From Carpediemonas membranifera BICM (lineage: Eukaryota > Protista > Fornicata): 64,000 nucleotides of DNA. Positions 10,180-20,993 of the stretch are shown here, in pieces. The notes under the pieces are model-generated. The model did no database searches, was not told the origin of the DNA, and worked only from the letters and a program-made list of their open reading frames with translations. Position 1 is the stretch's first letter; each line of letters begins with the position of its first letter. A program made the translations under genes and the position numbers. The stretch spans positions 905,342 through 969,341 of the forward strand of contig JAHDYR010000005.1 of the NCBI GenBank assembly GCA_019828565.1, in the 5' to 3' direction.

Positions 10180-11706
10180 ATGCTGCTCTGCTCCCTAACT
10201 GCAGTCAGCATTGCAGCGCTGCTAGGAGTGATGTTCTTCATGTATTTCGTGACGGATATCCCCTCCGGCTGCGGCCAGTACCTCCTTGATCGTGGACTTG
10301 ACGCCACTGCGTACGGCGTGCTGTCATCGATCTACGGATGGGTGAATAGCGTTCTTCCGCTATTCGCTGGCCTCATGTTGGATCACTTCGGCCGCTCTAA
10401 GTCGTACATCATCTTCACTGCTTGCATTGGGAGCGGCACACTGCTCTTCCTGCTCGGGACAGCGACCCTCGACGCGCCCTTCCACTTCTCTCCGATGGCG
10501 GCCTTCGTGGTCATGTCGGTGGGCAGGGTTCTTTTCTCCGTTGGGGGCGACTCCGCCGTCTGCGCCAATGATACGATGCTCACAGCGCTGCTGCCCCCTG
10601 CAGTTGTTGCCACGTCGATCACTGTCTCGATCCTCGTCGGCCGTGTTGGCTCTGTCGTCAGCATGAACGCGGTGCCGCTGCTGATCGACCAGGTCGGGCT
10701 GGGGCCGTCCATGTACGTCGTCATGACCCTGCTGCTGCCCTTCACAGTCGCAGTCGCCGCAGCCAGCATCCTTGGGTACGCGGCCACTAAGCGGCGCAAG
10801 GCCCACACCCGTGCCATGCTGATGGTCGTAGAGGAGGGTGGCTTCCTCGATGAAGACGTCTCGTCCATTGACGCCGCGGAATACTTTGACGCCGCAGACG
10901 TACCTGACATGCCAGAGCTGCCGGCACCCCCGAATTCGACCAAGCCAGTCCCGAAGCCCGTGGCCGGCGTGCCGGTTGAGTCCCTCGACGCCGGCCTCCT
11001 AAAGGCCAGGCAGACGCTGTTGCAGCGTGTCTGGGAAGCTGTGAACATCCCTATCGTCGGGGTGCTACTGGCAATCATGTGCATGCCCTCCATGGGCTTC
11101 ATCGCCTTCGGCTGGACATCCGTCGGCCAGGTCATTCTCGTCGCCAGGTCGGGCCTGGAGGCAGACGTCGCCGCCAGGTTGGTATCAGTCGCGAACTTGA
11201 TCTCGATGCTGTCGCCGCTCTGGGCATTTATCATCGACCGCTTCCGCAAGCAGCTGGTGCTCATGCTTCTCTCAGGCGTGCTGTCGCTCGCGGCGTTCAC
11301 CCTCCTCCTCATCCCAGGCAGCCCGCCGCTGCTCTCCATGGTCCTCCAGGGCATCGCCTTCTCCATCGCCTCGCCGTGCTGCTGGTCGTCTGTGCCTCTC
11401 TGCATCCGGGAGCAGAAGGTGGGCGTCGTCTTTGGGCTCCTCTCGTGCACCCTCAACCTGGGCCTTGGCCTCACCGCCCTCGTCGCCCCCGCGCTGATGA
11501 CGCTGAACTGGGTACTCTCGATCGCCTGGTTCATCGCCTGCTCGCTGTTCACACTCGTCGCCGTCGTGTTCTTCATCGTCTACGACTTCCGCTACAACCA
11601 CGGCCGGCTGTGGAGCACGAAGGCCGACCGCCCCAAGGCAACCCGACCCCCCACGCCGAGGGCCTACCCTGAAGTCACTGGGGGCGAACTAGAAGCCACT
11701 CTATGA
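10180..11706 (+). CDS. MFS transporter (MFSD1-like)
   Basis: 12 TM pattern, GLMLDHFG and IIDRFRK loops, GRVLFSVGGDS. Confidence 0.8.
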   Translation: MLLCSLTAVSIAALLGVMFFMYFVTDIPSGCGQYLLDRGLDATAYGVLSSIYGWVNSVLPLFAGLMLDHFGRSKSYIIFTACIGSGTLLFLLGTATLDAPFHFSPMAAFVVMSVGRVLFSVGGDSAVCANDTMLTALLPPAVVATSITVSILVGRVGSVVSMNAVPLLIDQVGLGPSMYVVMTLLLPFTVAVAAASILGYAATKRRKAHTRAMLMVVEEGGFLDEDVSSIDAAEYFDAADVPDMPELPAPPNSTKPVPKPVAGVPVESLDAGLLKARQTLLQRVWEAVNIPIVGVLLAIMCMPSMGFIAFGWTSVGQVILVARSGLEADVAARLVSVANLISMLSPLWAFIIDRFRKQLVLMLLSGVLSLAAFTLLLIPGSPPLLSMVLQGIAFSIASPCCWSSVPLCIREQKVGVVFGLLSCTLNLGLGLTALVAPALMTLNWVLSIAWFIACSLFTLVAVVFFIVYDFRYNHGRLWSTKADRPKATRPPTPRAYPEVTGGELEATL

Positions 11707-12198
11707 GCACTGTCACCGCTGTATCGTACATAAACGCTGCCTATGGCCGGCTGGGTGATGGGCAACGCCAGCGCTTCTTATTATGACGGGTGACCCAGGA
11801 GGGTGACCGTCTGGCTGCCCATCTTTCCGAAGAAGAAGTGCAACGCTGAGTCCTTGTGACGTCGCCGCTGTACCCAACTCGGCATAATGTAACAGTAACG
11901 AATCTGGCGGCTTGCTCGGCCGGGCTGAGGAGAGTGGAGGTGTGATTTGTGATGTACTTGGACGCAAATTTACGAATCCCCAAGAGATGGACACGCTGGA
12001 CAAGGGTCAAGGAAGATTATATAAGCTGAATGGACATAAAACACACACCGCTGTACGACAGCATCTTACGATTCGATCAAATCGGTAATCAAAATCAAGA
12101 CGGCTTGCCCTTGACATGTCAGCATGTCGTTGACTCTCCATGTCAAATTGTACCATCATCCAACCGCTTACAAGTAGGTGCACATAATAGCTTGTTCC

Positions 12199-13537
12199 AT
12201 GGAGAAATACTTCGAATCTGTTGCTGATAAGTGGACTACGATCGCGTATGAGGACAAAACAGACCCCAGCGTGTGGCCGAATTGCCAGAAGTTCCCACTG
12301 TACACCAACGTCTCCCGGGAAGACTGGGAGGATTGGCGGTGGCAGCTGAAGCACTCCCTTCACACCAAGGACGAGCTCGAGGCCCTTGGAGTGAACCTCG
12401 TGCCCGAAGAGCGCAAGGCTCTGGACAACATGGAAGGCCTCCTCAAGATGAGTATCACGCCCTACTGGGCCGTCCGCATGGACTTCAACGACCCGTCCGA
12501 CCCCCTCCGGATTCAGTCGATCCCCACCCCCGCCGAGATCGAGACCCACGCCGAGAACGAGGCTGACCCTCTTGGCGAGGACCACGACATGGCTGTGCCC
12601 GGCCTGGTGCACAGGTACCCCGACCGCGTGCTCTTCCTCTGCAGCACGGTCTGCTCGATGTACTGCCGGTTCTGCACCCGTAATCGTGTAGTCGCGAAGC
12701 CTGCGCCTTTCGCTGACGAGGAGAACTTCCAACAAGCCATCGACTACATCACTAACCACCCCGAGATCCGCGACGTCCTGATCTCCGGCGGTGACTCCCT
12801 CCTCCTTTCGGACCAGAGGATTGACCAGATCCTGACCGCCGTCAGGGCCATCCCCCACGTCGAGTTCGTCCGTATCGGGTCCCGCGTGCCGTCTGCCATG
12901 CCCTACAGGGTCACCCCCGGCCTCATCGCCGTGTTCAAGAAGCACTCGCCGGTGTGGCTCTCCGTCCACTTTGACCATATCAGAGAGATGTCCCCCCAGG
13001 CCCGCAAGGCACTCACTATGCTCGCAGACGCCGGCATCCCGCTCGGGAACCAGACGGTGCTCATGCGTCACATCAACGACAGTGTCGCGAAGATGAAGAC
13101 GCTCACCCACGAGCTGCTCAAGAACCGCGTACGCCCGTACTACATCGTACGCCCCGCTCCACCCCCTTCTTACCCAGTACCAGTGCGACCTCAGCGAGGG
13201 CATCTACCACTTCCGGACCCCGGTCGCCCGGGGAATCGAGATCATCGAGAACCTGCGTGGTTGGACCAGCGGCTACGCTGTCCCCAGATTCGTGGTCGAC
13301 GCGCCTGGTGGTGGCGGCAAAATTGTCCTCCAGCCCCAGATGCTGCTCGACTACAAGCCCGGCGAGGTTACCCTCCGTAACTTCGAGGGTATGATAACCA
13401 AGTATTACGAGCCGGCTGAGCTAGTGAGCAAGGAGGATGAGCATCGCATGAAGACAATCCTCGGGAAGCACCCCCCTCTCGACGACGAGCTGCTGGTCGA
13501 GCGCTGCGACGGGAAGGTCCACTCCGATCATGTGTAA
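12199..13537 (+). CDS. kamA: Lysine 2,3-aminomutase (radical SAM/PLP), two exons (intron 13147-13177)
   Basis: [31 protein letters not shown]|YQCDL restored by removing a 31-bp GT-AG intron, DAPGGGGK. Confidence 0.93.
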
Positions 13538-13907
13538 AGAGACATTGATGGACACAGTAGAAGGCTGGGCCAGTCCTATGGTTCAATTATTGCAGCTCAA
13601 TCGGTCATTTGATGGGATTATCAGTCCGTTGGTCTTTTCTGACAATACTGTCATAGAAACTGCGTATGAGGCAGAAAAGGCCGTTATCATACAGATGAAG
13701 CATATTTCATGAATAATCTTTAGTGAACGTTCATTGACGAGATTTTCCTACCTTTCCGGATCTGCGAATGCGACAAACCTACGAATTTGCTTGGAAAGAA
13801 GATATATGAGAGGAAAGCACCAAGCGCCGTACATATCGATACCATCTGCACACACTGACCTCTCTCCACTGTTCCTATCGAGCAGGAAGCACCAATCCCG
13901 CGTCCGC

Positions 13908-14523
13908 ATGCTTCGAAATGCGATCGGGTCCAGCGTCTTCGGCGTGTGCACGCTGGCCACCATTGGAGCGTGCATCCTAGCCCTCGCTGCTCTTGTAGCA
14001 ACCATTGCAGCCGTCGTTCTTGTCGTCTACACCTTTGCAAGCGACGCTGCTCATCCCAAGTACGCCATCACTTCATATCGGCTGGACCCCGCGTCTGTTA
14101 GAGTCAACTTCGAGCCGAGATTCGCGATCAAGTGTATCATATACGCTGAGCTCGAGACGGAGAGCGTTCTCCCGCTGTACCTCAAGAACATCGGCTACGA
14201 CGTCTATGTGCTGAACAAACAGGTCGGAGTGGCAGCAACGCAGGATGGCGTGCTCTACGAGATGATGCCCGGCCACCGAAACCAATCCGTCCCTGTGCAT
14301 GTCGACATTTTGCCGACCGAGCACAGTGCTCTGCTGTTGCTCCATTGGAAGTATGCTGCCCGACCCCCATTTACATAGGTTATACGGCCGACTGCAGATC
14401 AACCTGCTGAACGGCAGGACCCGGGTCGGTGTGAGGATCCCAGTCATCAAGCAGGAGTTCTGGCAGTCCCACGCCCTCGACAACGAGAGTTTCGTCGTGA
14501 CCAAGGATTTCCTGGATACATGA
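13908..14523 (+). CDS. Single-pass membrane protein, LEA_2-like; intron 14351-14378
   Basis: N-terminal TM plus beta-rich domain; 28-bp GTATG...TTACATAG intron joins ORFs 13734 and 14299. Confidence 0.6.
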
Positions 14524-14584
14524 GGCAATAATGTTGTGAATAAACAGTGCCGCCGCAGTTTTATGTCAGAGTTCAAGGTCGGCG

Positions 14585-15770
14585 TCAGCCAGGCCCAGTG
14601 GGGCCCTGCTCAGGAAACAGCCGATCCTGCAGCTTCTGCATCCTGGCGGCGTCCGCGTCGTCGCCCGTACACTTGAGATACTCGATCTGCTCTGACAGGG
14701 CTGCCATGATCTTCGAGTCCCTGGATGCCCCGATTTGCCGAGACACTACCTCATGCACGTCCAGCTCGATCGGCTTGCCCCGTATCTTCAGTGCCCCCAA
14801 GTTTCTCAGTAAGAAGCTGTCTGACAACGAAGCCCGCACCATGCCCGAGACGAGCGTGGAGGCGGCCGCGGTGTCCGGGTGCGACTCGATGCGGGAGCAC
14901 GTGTTCACGACGTCCCCGATGACGGTGAAGCAGTACCGCCCATTGCCGCCGTACGTCCCCTGCATGACGGTCCCCCTGTGTAGTGCGATGCGGCAGCGGA
15001 AGGAGGGCAGCTGGAACGTCTCACGCCACTCTGGGCACTCGCACAGCTGGCCGAGCATGTTATGGATGTCCAGCGCTGCCCCCACGGCCCTGTCGCAGCT
15101 GTCGACCTTGTCGCACGGCCACAGCACGAGGGTCGCCCCGCTCATGGTCTTGTCGATCGTCCCGCCGTAGTCATCGACCAGCTTGGCCACGATGCGGTAG
15201 TAGTTGTGGAGCAGGACGTGCTGCTCCCGCACGCTGAGAGAGACAAGGAGGTGCTCGAACTCGAGGATGTGACTGTGTGAGGTGGCGGCTGAGGACGTAC
15301 ATGTACATGATCACGAAGAACCCCGGAGTCGGGTGGAAGACATGCGTGTCCGGGGCCGACTGCAGCCGCTCGAGCAGGGCTGGGGGAAGGTAGCGAGCCA
15401 TGCGGCTGGCCATGGCAGCGTCGGCGTGGCATCGGGGACAGGAATCGATGACTGGACGGAGAAAGGGGTATGACCGCCAGAGCTGCACCGCGTGCGTCTT
15501 GAGATGCGGGCTGGGGGGCGCCAGGAGGTGGAAGCCGAGGGCCAATACGGTAAAGGAGACTGCGAAGAGCCTGTAGAGAATGGTGAGGAAGGAATTGCGG
15601 CAGAGAGGGGAGCATGACGCCGATGATTGCTGCAAGAGATCCTCAAAGGCCTTTGATCCGTCATCAAAGCTTGTCGCCCACAGAAAGAGGCACGAAAGGA
15701 GAAAGAGCACGTATGCTTCGCTGAGTAGAACAATCGAGCTGCTGAATGATCGCAAGGAGATGTCCACCAT
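14585..15770 (-). CDS. Membrane class III adenylate/guanylate cyclase-like protein; intron 15273-15300
   Basis: GGTIDK, RIALHRG, FTVIGDVVNTCSRIES, IRGK; 28-bp intron joins the TM exon to the cyclase exon; start uncertain. Confidence 0.8.
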
Positions 15771-15878
15771 CCATGAAGATCAAGCGCTCAACTGTTCATC
15801 TACAGTGTCGAACATAGCGATGAACCAATATTGGCCAGGCACGCCAGACTGCGGGTAGCCACCCCAACCTCGCTCATC

Positions 15879-15971
15879 GAAGCACCAGTCACGCGTCGGT
15901 GTGCTTCGAAATGTGATCGTCCAGCGTCTTCGGCGTGCACGCTGGCCATCATCGGAGCGTGCATCCAAGCC
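15879..15971 (+). repeat. Decayed duplicate of 13886-13982 (5' end of the LEA_2-like gene)
   Basis: GAAGCACCA...TGCTTCGAAATG...TCCAGCGTCTTCGGCGTG..CACGCTGGCCA..GGAGCGTGCATCC shared; small deletions and ATG>GTG. Confidence 0.85.
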
Positions 15972-16088
15972 GCGACGGCCTAAGCCCCCAATCACCTGCG
16001 CTCAGCGACTCCGGCCTCCTGCTAGTTTGACCTGTGCCTGCAGTGATGTTGACTTTGAGAGTGGCACAACACCTCCCGCTGACTCTGG

Positions 16089-18050
16089 ATGGGAGGATCA
16101 CGCATACACCGGAGAATACAGCATGTATTAGCGGTGCGTTACCGTTTCCTTCGTGTTTTTGCGTTGCTTTCTTCTTTTCTTATCATTACCGTGGCATCCT
16201 TCGTTCTCAGCTTGTATATCACACTAAGGAGCCCAGACAGGCTCTTCGCCAACAGCAAAGGGTCAAGTGACCCACTATTCCCGCCGTTCAACGACACAAC
16301 CATCCCCCCATTCTTCCGACGCCACCCCTACGACACGATGGCGACGTATGGCGAGGGCCTGACTGGAGCTCCCACACCAGACCAGAAGGGCGAGAAACTC
16401 ATCGCCTCTAGTGTCCGATGGCACCAGTATCCAACCAACACCTGCGCCAATCATCGGAGCAACCTCAGCAAGCGTGACGGGGTCCTCATCCGACCCACGC
16501 CCGGCCTCAGGAACTTCTATATCAGCCGCAGCGAGAACAACGTGACCCGCCCCGCCTTGACCAAGACATACGACCTCCCGATGTCGCCGTGTCCCGAGTA
16601 CGAGCGTGTGCAGCCCAACACACTCGTCACCCAGCTCACCCACAAGCCCCGCCTCAACTCATTCAGCTCGGTGCAGCTTTTGTACAGTATTCCGGATCTG
16701 TCAGGCATTGTTATGGCCAAGCAGCGGTCCGTGGAGACCGAGGGGGTGAAGCACGTCGCCATCCTCATGGTCGATGCCGTGTCACGGGCAAACTTCATGC
16801 GGCAGCTCCCCGGGGTCGCCCAGTACTTCAACCAGTCCCTAACAGACCCAGCCTCGCCCTTCGTGCCCTTCTTCTTCCCGTACGCCCACACCATGAACCT
16901 CAACTCCCGCCCAAACCAGTACGCCATGTTTACGGGCGCCACGTTCGAATGGAAGCGGCGGGAGATGATCTGGGAGACTGCGGGCAGAGAGGGGTGGGTG
17001 ACCGCGCTGTTTAGCCAGGACTGCGGCGACGACGTCCGCCGGCCATTCAAAGGGAACCTCGACGACTGGGACGTCGCCTTCGCCGGCTTCCTGTGCGATC
17101 GGGTGTACCAGTACAACATCCACGGCCCGGCCAACGGCAAGAGGTGCATGGGCGGCGAGGGGTCGTTCGAGCAGGTCTCCCGGCTCAATATGGAGTTCAT
17201 CGAGAAGATCGGGAACGGGGGCGGGAGCGCCTGGACGATGCTGTCGATCATGGAGGCCCACAACAGCAAGGGCCTCCACTTCATCGGAAACTTGCAGCCC
17301 GAGATCCTCGACTACGTCCGGAACGTCACAACAAGGGGCGACACAGCACTCGTCGTGGTGTCAGATCACGGCATGCACTACGGCCCGATCACCCTCAACG
17401 GCATGGGCCTGCGGGAGCTGAGGCAGCCTCTCCTAGCGTTCCTGATGCCGCGACGGTGGACGGAGACCCACGCCAACGAGACGGCCGCCCTGACTGCGAA
17501 CCAGGACACGTTTATTAGCCTCAAGGACCTGTACTCGACCCTGGCCGACCTCAGCGGGATAGCGGACTCGGCCCCTGAGTTCGACGCTTCGAGGTCGATG
17601 CTGAGGTTGATGAATTCAAGCAGGGGGTGTGCCGAGGGTGGGGTTAAGGACGCGTGGTGCTCACTGATCCCATATAAGACGACGCTACTGGCCCTTGACT
17701 CGGAGCTGGCCGTCAGCAGTCTGAAGGCAGCCACCGACCACATCAACAGCCTGACTGAGGAGCACAGGGATGCGTGCGACCTCCACCGGCCGGGCAAGTT
17801 TTATGAGGCGGCCACGTTCGTTCGGCCAGACGGCTTCAGGGAGGTCCGTCTCTCCTTCACGACCCGTCCCCTCCGCTTCTACTGGTTTGTAACAGTGGTG
17901 TACAATTCTGCGGGTGACCCGGTCGACTTTGACGTGTTCAGCATCATGAAGGACTCGACTACCGACTGCACACCCAAGGGGGTTGACACCAACCTGTGCA
18001 ACTGCTCCACACGCTGGGCACGGCTCACCGATTACATACGGCAGTATTAG
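16089..18050 (+). CDS. DUF229 / alkaline phosphatase-sulfatase superfamily type II membrane protein
   Basis: N-terminal TM, ILMVDAVSRANFMRQLP, NSRPN, VVSDHG, DLYSTL, C..GGV...WC. Confidence 0.85.
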   Translation: MGGSRIHRRIQHVLAVRYRFLRVFALLSSFLIITVASFVLSLYITLRSPDRLFANSKGSSDPLFPPFNDTTIPPFFRRHPYDTMATYGEGLTGAPTPDQKGEKLIASSVRWHQYPTNTCANHRSNLSKRDGVLIRPTPGLRNFYISRSENNVTRPALTKTYDLPMSPCPEYERVQPNTLVTQLTHKPRLNSFSSVQLLYSIPDLSGIVMAKQRSVETEGVKHVAILMVDAVSRANFMRQLPGVAQYFNQSLTDPASPFVPFFFPYAHTMNLNSRPNQYAMFTGATFEWKRREMIWETAGREGWVTALFSQDCGDDVRRPFKGNLDDWDVAFAGFLCDRVYQYNIHGPANGKRCMGGEGSFEQVSRLNMEFIEKIGNGGGSAWTMLSIMEAHNSKGLHFIGNLQPEILDYVRNVTTRGDTALVVVSDHGMHYGPITLNGMGLRELRQPLLAFLMPRRWTETHANETAALTANQDTFISLKDLYSTLADLSGIADSAPEFDASRSMLRLMNSSRGCAEGGVKDAWCSLIPYKTTLLALDSELAVSSLKAATDHINSLTEEHRDACDLHRPGKFYEAATFVRPDGFREVRLSFTTRPLRFYWFVTVVYNSAGDPVDFDVFSIMKDSTTDCTPKGVDTNLCNCSTRWARLTDYIRQY

Positions 18051-18070
18051 TACAAGCTTCTGATGGTTAG

Positions 18071-18132
18071 AATGACGCCACCGTCAATGACTCCGTGACT
18101 GGCGCTCCCCTGAGCCGTCGCCAGTCTGGCAC
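18071..18132 (+). repeat. Hairpin-containing direct repeat, left copy
   Basis: Shares CACCGTCAATGACTCCG...CTGGCGCTC...GTCGCC.GTCTGGCAC with 20768-20820; stem GACTGGCG/CGCCAGTC. Confidence 0.8.
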
Positions 18133-18608
18133 CAGCGCGGCCTGATTGCTGTGCATTTCGGCATTCTCGGACAACTGCCCTGCATTCTAATCCGAAAAGA
18201 AGGGCCCAGGCGGTGATGGTGGCGACTGTCTACTACAGGAAGGTCGTCTGAGTGGGGCAGGCGGTGACCATGGGGACCTTAGATGCGCGGCCGACCACAG
18301 TTCAGCACAGGCCCAGCGACCCATGGATCAACACAGACGAATCGACGTCATCAGGGGGATGGCTGTCGTTGACTCATTCTCCAACCCCTTCGATCTTCGT
18401 CTCGTTAAACAAAATCGCAGTTTTGGGCACATGATCGTGTCTCGCGTTTTTGCAACCACATTGCAAACGTTGTTGAATAGTCATATCAATGGGAGTTCCA
18501 GGACTTAAACACGAAATATCCTACAAGCTTCGGCTGAAGAGTAGTGAAAAAGGGAATAAGAGACAGAAATAAGCACTGAATAAGATAGAGGATGAATTAG
18601 AGCTTAAC

Positions 18609-20441
18609 ATGAATGTTGAGCTCTTCATTGATTGGCCTAATGCCAGTAACACTTTTCTTGATCTCGTTTCGTCTTGGACAAAGCGACAGGACCGCGAATC
18701 ACTCCCAACATTCACCATGGACGAGCTCACTGACGAGATCCGCGACATGCTGAGACAGCTGGCAAGGCTCCCAGTCGGGAAGGTCATCATCTTTGACGAT
18801 GGAAACGGCAAGCAGCTCAAGCCACATGCCCGTATGAAGAACATGAGACAGACATTCTCGGAATGCGGCCTGCTCGAGAGTGATGGGGTCACCCCCGTCC
18901 CGGGTGCGGGCAAGAATTCCTGTTTGCTCAGAAGCGACTTCTTCCCCGTTCGCCGGAACCTCATGGACCGGATCCCGGGTATCGTCGACGAGCTTGGCAA
19001 GGAGCTTGGCACAGATCGCCTCGAATATCGATGCGATATTCTCAACGAGGCTGACACGCTCATTTTTCGAGTGGTCGTCGACTCTGAGTCTGCGCCAGCC
19101 AGAGTCCCGGTCATCCTCAGCGACGACACAGACTTCCACCTGATGTCCGAGAAGGCCCACGTCGCCAAGTTCTCGGACCTGCTCGACTTGGTCAAAAAAA
19201 GGACACCGGGCAGCGTCGACTCAAGACGGTCACGTACATGCGGTACCTGGCCGTCATCGCCAGGCAGGACCGGAAGACCCCACCGAATTCCAATGCCCCC
19301 AAGCAGTTCGACCAGCCCCTTTTCACTCGAGCTGCTATTGCCGCTGTGATTGCGGGGAACGACCGCAGCGTGGAGGTCCGCGGGCATATGTTCAAGAGCA
19401 AGTACTTGTCCAAAATTGAGCAGCGCGAGATCAGGAACCCAGGCCACCTTAAGATACCCTACCAGAGGGGGATACGCCCCTCGAAAGGCCTTTTTTCTTC
19501 ATCTTCCTGCGCTTGAACGACCGTTGGATGGAGATCATCAAGGACGAGGGTGTCGAGCAGGCCCTGAGGGACACCCTCCTGCTCAGCTCCCGCCCCTGCC
19601 CCGACTCCCTTGGGGAGACGAGGACCCGAACCACTGGCAAGGATCTGGCAGAATATCTCGAGGCCACATTCCCCGATCTCTATGACAAGTTCAAGGATGA
19701 GCTTGAGGCCAGTCTCTCATATCGGGCGACCGCCCGCTTTGATCCGAACCTGTGCGCGTTGTGTGAGTTCTACCTCAACAAGAGGCGCCGCGATGGCTTG
19801 TTCAACGGTCCAATGCTGCTGTACCTGCCCTGTGGCGAAGACGAGAAACAGCCGCGGGACCTCGACCGCGGTGCGATCCGGAAGGACTTCGATCTCGCCG
19901 CCGAGAAGTTGCACGGCAGGGTGGCCGGGTTCGACGACTCAGCTCATGACCGGACCTGGCACTTCTCCGAGGACATGCCGTGGAAGGGCCCCTGCTCCAT
20001 CGCCCGGGACGTCATCCTCGGCCTCATCGTGACCAGCCACCTGACCGGCCACACCGAGGTGCTGGGCTGGATCTGGACGTCCTCGACTACGAGCTGCGAG
20101 ACACGGACGACCTGTTCGGGTGGGTCACGGCAGCGGCGTATGTAATGAGGCTTGCCGAGCCGTTAGAAGAGGATACCCGCAAGGTCGTTGCATCATTCCG
20201 CGACGCCCACGATGCGATGGTTGACGCCAGGGTCAACCCGACGCACGAGAACAAGCTGACCGCTGCCCTCATTGCTGTCCCGGCCGAGCTCAACGACCAG
20301 GTCCAGAGTGTCCTCGAGGCGCAGCAAGGTGCCATCCGGGCACTGACGTGGCGTGGTTATAAGGAGGCGATGCCGGAGTTCACCCAGATCGCGATACTGG
20401 TCGAGTCAGTGACTCGTATCTATTCCAAGGGGAGCGAGTGA
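18609..20441 (+). pseudogene. FEN1/XPG-like PIN-fold 5' nuclease gene split by three frameshifts (pseudogene or assembly errors)
   Basis: LFIDWPN, IIFDDG, EADT, ILSDDTDF in frame 1; AAVIAGND (H3TH-type) in the next frame; ORFs 18609, 19238, 19513 and 19980 chain by +1 base each. Confidence 0.65.
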
Positions 20442-20767
20442 GTAAAGATTTGAATGACTCCAATGGTGACTCGGAGTGTATCGAATGATGATCTTCGTGC
20501 CAGTCGGACAGGAATAAGTCTCTTTGCAGTCTTTGAGGCCTGGTCGACCATGACCAGTGAAGCCAAGCTGTCAACACCAAGGGAACGAGGAGACCATGTG
20601 TGCTCACGATGACACAATTAGCTTGAGTCAGCTCAACGCCACGAGCGATTTAGTTTCCCCGGTGGGCTTCGAGGTCATCAGCGGCAGAGAGATGCCGGCG
20701 AAAGGGGACCCCAACGCGACGGGAACAACCGCACGCCGAGGACATGAACACTAGCTCTGATAGTAAA

Positions 20768-20820
20768 AATGGCGGCACCGTCAATGACTCCGCGCTGGCG
20801 CTCGGTCGCCGGTCTGGCAC
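20768..20820 (+). repeat. Hairpin-containing direct repeat, right copy
   Basis: Diverged copy of 18071-18132 with shortened loop; stem GCTGGCG/CGCCGGT retained. Confidence 0.8.
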
Positions 20821-20993
20821 TATTCAGAGTCGGTCAAGGAGGGAACCTGTGCCGCGAACCCCTGTTAGACAGCATCAGCGGGGCCAGTAGACATCTCCGG
20901 GCCCGTGTCACCTCTCGTGTCACAGATTGCGGATTTAGTCATTTAGATTTGACCCGGATCTTTTGAATCGTGAGAAGAATCCACAAAGTACGA

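Noticed and set aside
19191-19202. Programmed -1 ribosomal frameshift at the A-run
   Set aside because: Phase does not fit an X XXY YYZ heptamer and two further shifts would be needed
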